A stretch of 63,947 nucleotides of DNA, counting the filler, from Licmophora abbreviata (Eukaryota), in NCBI GenBank assembly GCA_900291995.1. It is 24 parts of 24 records of this genome, joined end to end, with 100 filler letters (N's around TTAATTAATTAA, not from the genome) between each part and the next. Parts side by side here need not be neighbours in the genome. Positions count along the whole stretch, not along the records: positions 57,002 to 58,863 come from OLMU01006305.1; positions 58,964 to 60,239 come from OLMU01006307.1; positions 60,340 to 61,375 come from OLMU01006308.1; positions 61,476 to 62,847 come from OLMU01006309.1; positions 62,948 to 63,947 come from OLMU01006342.1; 19 more parts are not named here. The stretch is one strand, 5' to 3'. Positions 57,002-63,947 of this stretch are shown piece after piece. The position numbers and the translations under genes were made by a program. The notes beneath the pieces were generated by a model. The model had not been told where the DNA came from. It did no database searches and was given only the letters and a program-made list of their open reading frames with translations. Each line of letters begins with the position of its first letter. Position 1 is the stretch's first letter.

Positions 57002-57117
57002 CTCTTGGCTAAGTAATCGACTTGTCGCCTAAACAACATCGTGATTAGCGCGTGCTCGGTAGTCGCGCGCTGGAGAATGATTAGTCTGGTGGACGGACAG
57101 ACTTGACTCTCCCTCTC
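57002..57117 (-). repeat. Polypurine tract (57117-57107) and probable start of the 3' LTR
   Basis: GAGAGGGAGAG about 170 nt after the pol stop, followed by TCAAGTC... running to the contig end. Confidence 0.55.
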
Positions 57118-57288
57118 AGATGTGTGAATGAAGTTGATGTGATTTCTTGAGAAATAAATAAAAGATGAAAGATGAAGTGGGACTGAGTGAACAGAGACCT
57201 TGTTGAACATGTGAGCAAGTTCCAAAGAGCGGGGCTCGATGTACATCTTGATCGGGAAGGTCTCGACATATAATGATGGCGCCTCATG

Positions 57289-58863
57289 TCACCAACGTTG
57301 AACCAGGAGACGATTGTGCTCAAAGCCGTCGTGGGGAAGGCCCTTGGTGAGATAATCGGCACGCTGGTCAACGGAGGCGACCTTGAGAAGCAGGAATTCG
57401 GAGGAGTGCTGCCAGAACCAGTGCCACTTGACGAGGAAGTACTTCGTGCGGTTGGTGACACGGTGATTGGAGGCGAGGGTCAGAGCACCTTGGTTGTCTT
57501 CGAAGACGCGGGCTTGAACGGAAGAGCTGATTTCCTGATCAATACTGAGAGCGGCGACGAGTTCAAGGAGGATGCGTTTGAGAGGAATGAGTGTTTTCAA
57601 GGAATAAGATAAAGCCGAATACTCAGCCTCAAGCGTAGAAAGGGAAATGTGGGTCTGGAGTTGGGATTTCCACAGGAGAGGTACGCCACTCAGCAGGATG
57701 ATGTATCCCGTGCGCGAGCGCGCAGAGTTGACATCACGCGAATCCTCGCGACCGTGAAGTGAACAGAAATCGGCGTCGACGAACAAGTCGAGGTTGAGTC
57801 TTCCTGTTGGTCGGATGATCGTGCCTTCGTCACGAGTCCCAGCAAGGTACCAAATGATGGTCTTGACGGCCGTGGCGTGGCTCTGTCGAGGGGCGGAGGT
57901 GAATCGGCAAACCTGGCTGACAGCGAAGGCGATGTCTGGGCGGCTGTTGCCTGACAGGTACAGCAGCATGCCGACGATCGACGGGTAGCTCCAGCACTCG
58001 TTCATTGCGGGTCCATCGACGTCGGCGCCGAGTGCGAGCTGGGTCGCCGGCAGTAGATTCGGCTTGCAGTTCTCGAGGCCGGCGGCTCCGATTACCTTGT
58101 CGATGAGGCCGCGCTGTGTGAGCTTGTACTCGCGATTGTCCTGCTGGGTGAACTTGATGCCGAGGAAGTCAGCGAAGCTGCCTTCCTTGGTGAGATCGAA
58201 CCCTTTGGCTTGTAGGTCGGCGATGAACTTGTTGGCAATGCTTGGGTGTCGGGAAGCGATGCCGCCGTCATCGGCGTAGAGGACAAGGATGAGATCGTGT
58301 CGGAAGAAGAGGCAGGGGTCGACGGAGCTCTGGATGAGGCCCAGTTCGAGGATTGCCTTGAGGAGGTGACTGAACCAGAGTTTGGGGGCTCGGGCCAATC
58401 CGTAGAGAGACTTCGTGAGCCGTAGGCAGGTGTCCTTGCCTTGGGTGGACGTGAATCCTCGGGGAAGGTGGATCCAGATGGGACTGTCGAGTGTGGCTTT
58501 CACGAACGCGTTGGTGAAGTCGATTGAGATGGCTGGCCAGCTCAGGATGAGGGAGAGGGTCAGGAAGAGTCTCACAGTAGGCCAACCAACAACAGGTGAG
58601 AAATTGTCGTCAGTTGTTTCTTCTAGATCTCCTCTAACACAGTATCTTGCCTTTTTGCGACGAAAGGTCCATGTGCCAGGTAGGATCTTGGCCTTGGCGT
58701 CGCTGGTGGGGACCTCAGTCCAGGTGTCTTTGGTGATGAGGGAGTCTAGTTCGTCTTGGGCGGCCTTCTGCCACAGTGGGCGCTCATGGGAGTGCATGGC
58801 TTGGTCGTAGGTGAGCGTGTCTGGGTCAGGGTTGCGGGAGGCGGCGAGCGAGACTGGAAGACG
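57289..58863 (-). CDS. Copia RT and RNase H of another family (short in-frame deletion after WTFRRK)
   Basis: PDTLTYDQAM, KARYCVRGD, DFTNAF, KSLYGL, YADD, SRPDIAFAV, FVDADF, STLEAEY, FEDNQGA, ADYLTK. Confidence 0.92.
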   Translation of the reverse strand, partial: RLPVSLAASRNPDPDTLTYDQAMHSHERPLWQKAAQDELDSLITKDTWTEVPTSDAKAKILPGTWTFRRKKARYCVRGDLEETTDDNFSPVVGWPTVRLFLTLSLILSWPAISIDFTNAFVKATLDSPIWIHLPRGFTSTQGKDTCLRLTKSLYGLARAPKLWFSHLLKAILELGLIQSSVDPCLFFRHDLILVLYADDGGIASRHPSIANKFIADLQAKGFDLTKEGSFADFLGIKFTQQDNREYKLTQRGLIDKVIGAAGLENCKPNLLPATQLALGADVDGPAMNECWSYPSIVGMLLYLSGNSRPDIAFAVSQVCRFTSAPRQSHATAVKTIIWYLAGTRDEGTIIRPTGRLNLDLFVDADFCSLHGREDSRDVNSARSRTGYIILLSGVPLLWKSQLQTHISLSTLEAEYSALSYSLKTLIPLKRILLELVAALSIDQEISSSVQARVFEDNQGALTLASNHRVTNRTKYFLVKWHWFWQHSSEFLLLKVASVDQRADYLTKGLPHDGFEHNRLLVQRW

Positions 58864-58963
58864 NNNNNNNNNNNNNNNNNNNNNNNNNNNNNNNNNNNNN
58901 NNNNNNNTTAATTAATTAANNNNNNNNNNNNNNNNNNNNNNNNNNNNNNNNNNNNNNNNNNNN

Positions 58964-60239
58964 GAGGGCGTGGGCATCTTGATTGTCTTGGACGCGACGG
59001 GCATGGATGGCGCCGGCACGTGCGTTCTGGCGGCGTTGGTTTCGAGATGGATTCGGCTTGTGGCGGCGACGGAGGCGGCGGCCATGGGCTCGTCCTTGAC
59101 GAGTCCAGTAGCGTGGAACAGGGCGGTCGGGTGGCTTGCGTCGGCGCAGCCAGAGGACGGTCGCGTGGAGGACGCAGTAGTGGGCCACGGCGACGTAGCT
59201 TCTCCAGTGGGAAGTGAGATGCGTCAGTAGTTCGGTGATGGAAGGCATGATGGGCTGGAGAGGGATGAGGCCGAAGAGGAGGATCAGGACGAGCCAGAGA
59301 CGGCTCGTGGGAAAGTCAACAATCAACCTTGGTGGAGGCGACGGCTCGGACACGGCATGGAAGGCAGTCCATGCGGACTGGTCGAGGAGGAGGCTGTTGG
59401 CTTGGGGTTTCTTCGGCTTGTCTTGGTTCTTGGGTCCGGTGTGTGTCGCTGTGCCGTGGGTCGTCGACCAGCGCTGACAGTGATCGCACCACTGGATGGC
59501 GAGACCTTCGTACGTTTTCGACTGGGGTTCGTCAGGGCCGGGCTTGGTGAGAGAGCGGAGAGAGATGCGCTTCGTGGGACGGCCGGGGCGAGACGGGCGG
59601 CTGTTGCGGCGGTTGGCTTGACCAGAGGAGGAGGGTCCGGTGCGCTGTCCTTGCTTTTTCTTGGGACAGTTGCGGGCCCAGTGACCCTTCTCGCCGCAAT
59701 GGAGACAGACGTCGTCGGGCTTCCCGGTCGTCTTGATGGCGGCCTGGATCAAAGCGTTGACCTGACGGACGGAGGCACCTTGCTCGAAGGTCGAGGGGGC
59801 AGCCTTGGAGTCGGGGTTGTTTCGAGCTGGGGGCCACTTTCCGTTGGAGATGGCGTCTCGGTAGCGGTCCGTCACATCTTCAAGGATGCGGCGGTAGGTC
59901 AGTGCTTCCGATTGCATTCGGCGATTGGCGTCGTCAGGATCGAGGAACGGGATTTCGAGGAGAACCTTGTGGAGCTTTTCCTTGAGGGTCCGGAGGGGGT
60001 GGCGGAAGTCTTTGTTACCTTCGCCGCCGGCTGAGAGGAACGTCTCGAGCATCACGAGTGTGAGCTTGTGATCGTACTGCCCAGCGGACGATAGCTCGTT
60101 GGCGTCCTCGCGATAGTCGTTGGCGAGGGCGACAAGGTTCTGGCCGGAGTACTGGGTGGCACGGCGGCTCTCAATTCGCCTCTTCACGTTGTTGAATCGG
60201 AGGATGGATGCGCTGCGGATGATCTTCATGGTCCGTAGG
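58964..60239 (-). CDS. Copia Gag C-terminal half with a CCHC knuckle, a second C2H2-like knuckle and hydrophobic segments
   Basis: CLHCGEKGHWARNC; WCDHCQRWSTTHGTATH; GKWPPA..DSKA.P. Confidence 0.8.
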
Positions 60240-60339
60240 NNNNNNNNNNNNNNNNNNNNNNNNNNNNNNNNNNNNNNNNNNNNTTAATTAATTAANNNNN
60301 NNNNNNNNNNNNNNNNNNNNNNNNNNNNNNNNNNNNNNN

Positions 60340-61375
60340 TCATATCTCTTCCCATCGTGTTTGCATTCTTTCCATTGAAGAGCCGAATTTGGATCATGTT
60401 TCTTGCAGATTCGAAATCCTGTTGTTGTGTTCTCCAAGCCCTAATCAACGCAAGGATGTTGAAGCATGTCCAGGGTCCACAATCCTGCCGGACTTGTTGT
60501 GTTACCGACATTCTTATCCAGCGTGGACGCCTGAAAGTCGCCGTGTTCCATAGCGGCGTGCTTCGAAGCAGATTTTTTGCATCCGTTTCATCCTCCGGCG
60601 ATTCAAGAGAGTTCATGTAAAGGAATACCGTAGACTCGTCTTCCATTCTTAGCCGAACTACGGCATACCAGTGTCCGCCGTTGACAGCTCCAACAAAGGT
60701 TGGCATTATAAGGACGGGCGCATCCATTCGTGGGAGTTTCTGGACGCGTTGTAGATGGCGCCCTGAGGGTCTCTTTCTGGCCTGTACATCTCCGTCTCGA
60801 AAAAGTTTCTGAATCATGGGGTCGTCCCATCCGTCGGCTAGGTTGCGAAGGTTCCTCATAAAGAAACATCCCAAACTGAAGACCCCTTGTTGTTGCCCAT
60901 ATTCTGATAAGACAGCATTGGAGATGAAGCCGTCGATGTGGGAGTCGTTGAGTCTGACTCCCTGATCAATGATGTTCTCACAAGGCCAAGGGACGGTGTT
61001 CCTTGGTATCAGATTCCCTGCTGTCTCATCATTGTCCTTTGCCGTTTCGCAAAGATCCACTATAGCTGATTCCTCGGGCATGGTCATGTCAATGATTTCG
61101 CTGTGCTCCGGTCTCCTTTTGCAACTTGTATATATGTTCATTTGGACCGTCTGTCTCATGTCGTTCAAGGTCATTGTTCTTTCCGATATGCATCGTTTTT
61201 TACCTTGTTTCCATTCATTCGATGGTTGCTCTTTATCAACTAATCTCCGAATGAAATTTTCTTTGGCAAAACGCGGTCGCTTCCGCCGATGTTCTGGTGG
61301 GTTCCGATCCTCATTTGTCCTCTTCCTCTTCAGACAGCTAGCCATGACTTGGGGTGTCTCACCGCGGCGTTGGAC
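60340..61375 (-). CDS. Ulp1/SENP-like (peptidase C48) domain fragment, probably transposon-borne
   Basis: RLNDSHIDGF, LIMPTF..GHWYAVV, YMNSL, QQVRQDCGPW. Confidence 0.7.
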
Positions 61376-61475
61376 NNNNNNNNNNNNNNNNNNNNNNNNN
61401 NNNNNNNNNNNNNNNNNNNTTAATTAATTAANNNNNNNNNNNNNNNNNNNNNNNNNNNNNNNNNNNNNNNNNNNN

Positions 61476-62847
61476 CTTCTAGACGTTTGCAGTTGCACAG
61501 GGTTGTTGCCTCCTTGCGAATTGCTTCCCTGTTTGCCAGCGTAGGCATCGGGGCTGCCCTATCGCAGTCAGTCACCAATAGACACGTATCCGCAATTCGT
61601 TGAGCGGCGTTGCGCAGATATACATTGAGGGCGTATCTACCCTTTGATCTCTCTGTGGGGTTTGGCCATATCGAATCATTATCCACCGTGATATGAGCTA
61701 ATTCCGCAATCGCCCAAAGCATATGCTTCTTCGTGGTTGCTCGAGTTTCGGCAATGAAGAGAGTCCTATCGATGCGCGAGTTGTAAAGTCTTCGCTCGAG
61801 GGCTTGCGCTCGTTGAATCTCCTTTTGGAACTGTGTGCACTTGGGACACTGCTTTGTTCCACTCCTAATAAATCCGACTCGAAGATCTTCTCCAGTTGTT
61901 CGTCGAATTACACACCCAGTTGCAGTGCATTCCTCCGTTGTAGCCAATGTCTTCAACTCGGTTCTGTACTGATCCGTCGAGTCGCTTCTTGCCCTGACTT
62001 CAGCATTGTCAGTTGACATACTTTGAGCCAAGTCTCCTGCTGTTTTCTTGATGGTTGCACCAGTTTCTCCAGCCTGATCTTCCTCCCTTTTCTCATTTTC
62101 TTCGTCCTCAGTGACCTCTTCAGCTGTGATTTCGTCCTTGAAATCTTTGACACGATCTCGAATAATGCGTTGCAGGACGTTGGTTTTGTAAAAGAAAAGG
62201 GCTGCGACTCGTTTTCACGCTTGCTTAATCGCGTTCTCTCCATAATCTTTCGTGCATTTACGGGCGTCTTTACAAATGTCATCGATCCATTGATAGTAAA
62301 CATCTGGGAGGACGCCGAGATATGTGATGTCCATTGCGGATGCGACACTGTCCGCGATTTCTCCATCTGAGGCGGTGGTGAGTAGACGAAGCTGACATAT
62401 CGATGGCCACCGAATACTCCATTCTCCCCACCATGGATAGCCGTCCCCTGATTGCAACTCGTCCATCTCGGTCTGTGTGCGCACTGAAACATTGGTTGTG
62501 GGTTGTGTGATCTTCATTTTGTTGATATGCTTGCACATTGACCCACGACTTCTCAGTTCCAAATGTCGAAGTCTCAGCTGTAGATCTTGAATGATACCGG
62601 CTCTGTATTCTGTGTTAAATGTGAGTTCAATCTCGGATAATAGGGCCTCAGCGGCCATTTCCAAGTACCAAAGTATTCCCTCTCGTGCTGTAGAGATTCC
62701 CGAGTCAGTGCAGAATTGATGTAGGTGCGGCATGTTGCCTACCCCTAGGCCACAGAACGGGCACAATCGATGCCGCTGGGCTAAGCCATTCGAGTCTCGC
62801 GCTTCGTCCATTGCAGTTGTTGTCACGTCCTTGTCATATCTCGTGAT
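61476..62847 (-). pseudogene. Probable C-terminal region of a non-LTR pol (zinc finger, charged linker, second Cys cluster); two frameshifts
   Basis: LCPFCGLGVGNMPHLHQFC..I..AR, TYLGVLP, CTATGC..CPKC across three overlapping frames. Confidence 0.45.
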
Positions 62848-62947
62848 NNNNNNNNNNNNNNNNNNNNNNNNNNNNNNNNNNNNNNNNNNNNTTAATTAAT
62901 TAANNNNNNNNNNNNNNNNNNNNNNNNNNNNNNNNNNNNNNNNNNNN

Positions 62948-63947
62948 CATCCTCGAGGAACTTGATCTCTGCATCGATTTTGTCCGGATCAGCGCCACAG
63001 CCAGCCTTCGCCGTCATGTACTCCTCTAGATCGCGGAGCTCCCTGGTGTATCGCTCAAAGGCACTCCGGGCATCAGAGCGAAGAATTTCCATTTCTTCTT
63101 CGGTAGCATCGTGGAACGATGTAATCTCGCGTGCCGCAAAGCGAGTAATGACAGTCAAAGAGTGACCCATCGGTCCGAACGAGAACGGTGCACAATAACT
63201 CTTGCACATAAGGAAATTGTGGCCAAGCGTGGGCACATTGAACGACCAAAAGCAGAAGCCGTCGCCAAGGATCTCTTTAGACGAGAACCCTCCTGCTTCG
63301 ATTTCCTCTTCAATCATCTCCTTCATTCGACAAGCGCTTTCCTTCGATGCTGGGGCTTCTTCCTGGACCTGTTCATAGCTCTGCAGCCAATACTCTTTCT
63401 GTCGTCCCGTCCTCCCGAGATTCCCGTATAGAGAAGCGATCACTAACGATACGCGGAACGTGTTTGCGTGTGGTGCCAACCTATCAATCACCGCTCTACT
63501 GATGTACTGTATTTGAGCGGGAGTACAGACGTCGAAAACGACATCCGAAAGTGCCGGGCAGTAAACACTTATCTGCTGGCCACAGCCAGTTCCCGGTTCC
63601 AGCTTGATAAGGTATAAGTCCTCCATCTCTGCTGTCATTGACTCGAGTGAAACCGTTTGCCCTCCATTGTCCCCGTCGTCGGCAATGAGATCATACAGAA
63701 CTTGCGTCATCAGTCCCATTGGACACTTGAACTGACAACAGCGATTGACCAGCGTCACAACTTTCATGAATGTCTGGAAGCGGGGCGGCAACTCGTCGTA
63801 GATCTGTGTGTAACGCATGGAGAGCTCCGCACTGACCGTCATGACGTTTATGCGCTTGTTCAGACGAGCCATTTTGGGCGGGACGAAAAGCGAAAGGCTC
63901 TCTGTCACAGCCGAGACGCCCTCTTTGCCTTGCGTAAGGCGCTGTGA
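62948..63947 (-). CDS. Host protein fragment, likely the C-terminal region of a diatom ADCY10-like adenylate/guanylate cyclase-NTPase
   Basis: Open across the contig; MRYTQIYDELPPRFQTFMKV, VLYDLI, PALSDV..DVCTP.QI, Y.APFSFGPMGHSL. Catalytic domain not in the window; assignment from memory. Confidence 0.4.

Noticed and set aside
1..63947. Prokaryotic defence systems, CRISPR arrays, rRNA genes
   Set aside because: None seen; the window is eukaryotic, with spliceosomal introns and retrotransposons.

Overview
Eukaryotic scaffold, almost certainly from a diatom (inferred from diatom-type gene families, short GT-AG introns and CoDi/Ambal-type elements). It comprises 24 contigs joined by 23 synthetic 100-bp linkers (N44-TTAATTAATTAA-N44). 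Contig order looks real in places: one secreted-protein gene, a DIRS gag->RT pair and a Gypsy element each continue colinearly across gaps. About three quarters of the window is retrotransposon: two Ambal-like LINE pieces, two near-complete divergent CRE-clade (RT + restriction-like endonuclease) elements with a large unknown ORF1, a fragment of a third CRE family, DIRS/Ngaro-type pieces, several Ty1/copia fragments and one Ty3/gypsy element. Host genes: RIO2 kinase, an MTD1-like NAD-dependent methylene-THF dehydrogenase, a secreted multi-domain lectin-like protein, a putative Golgi fucosyltransferase, two FG-GAP/beta-propeller membrane proteins, LRR exons and a likely ADCY10-like C-terminus. 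Best leads: (1) a copia 5' LTR whose primer-binding position is a perfect 15-nt complement of a sequence inside its own LTR (Tf1-like self-priming); (2) a Gypsy pol with an apparently degenerate C5-DNA-methyltransferase-like domain between RNase H and integrase, plus a 41-nt PBS copying tRNA positions 36-76; (3) CRE elements with a conserved hairpin and AUGA stop-start junction; (4) an in-frame UGA-C between copia gag and protease. All family assignments come from motif recognition by eye; no searches were run.
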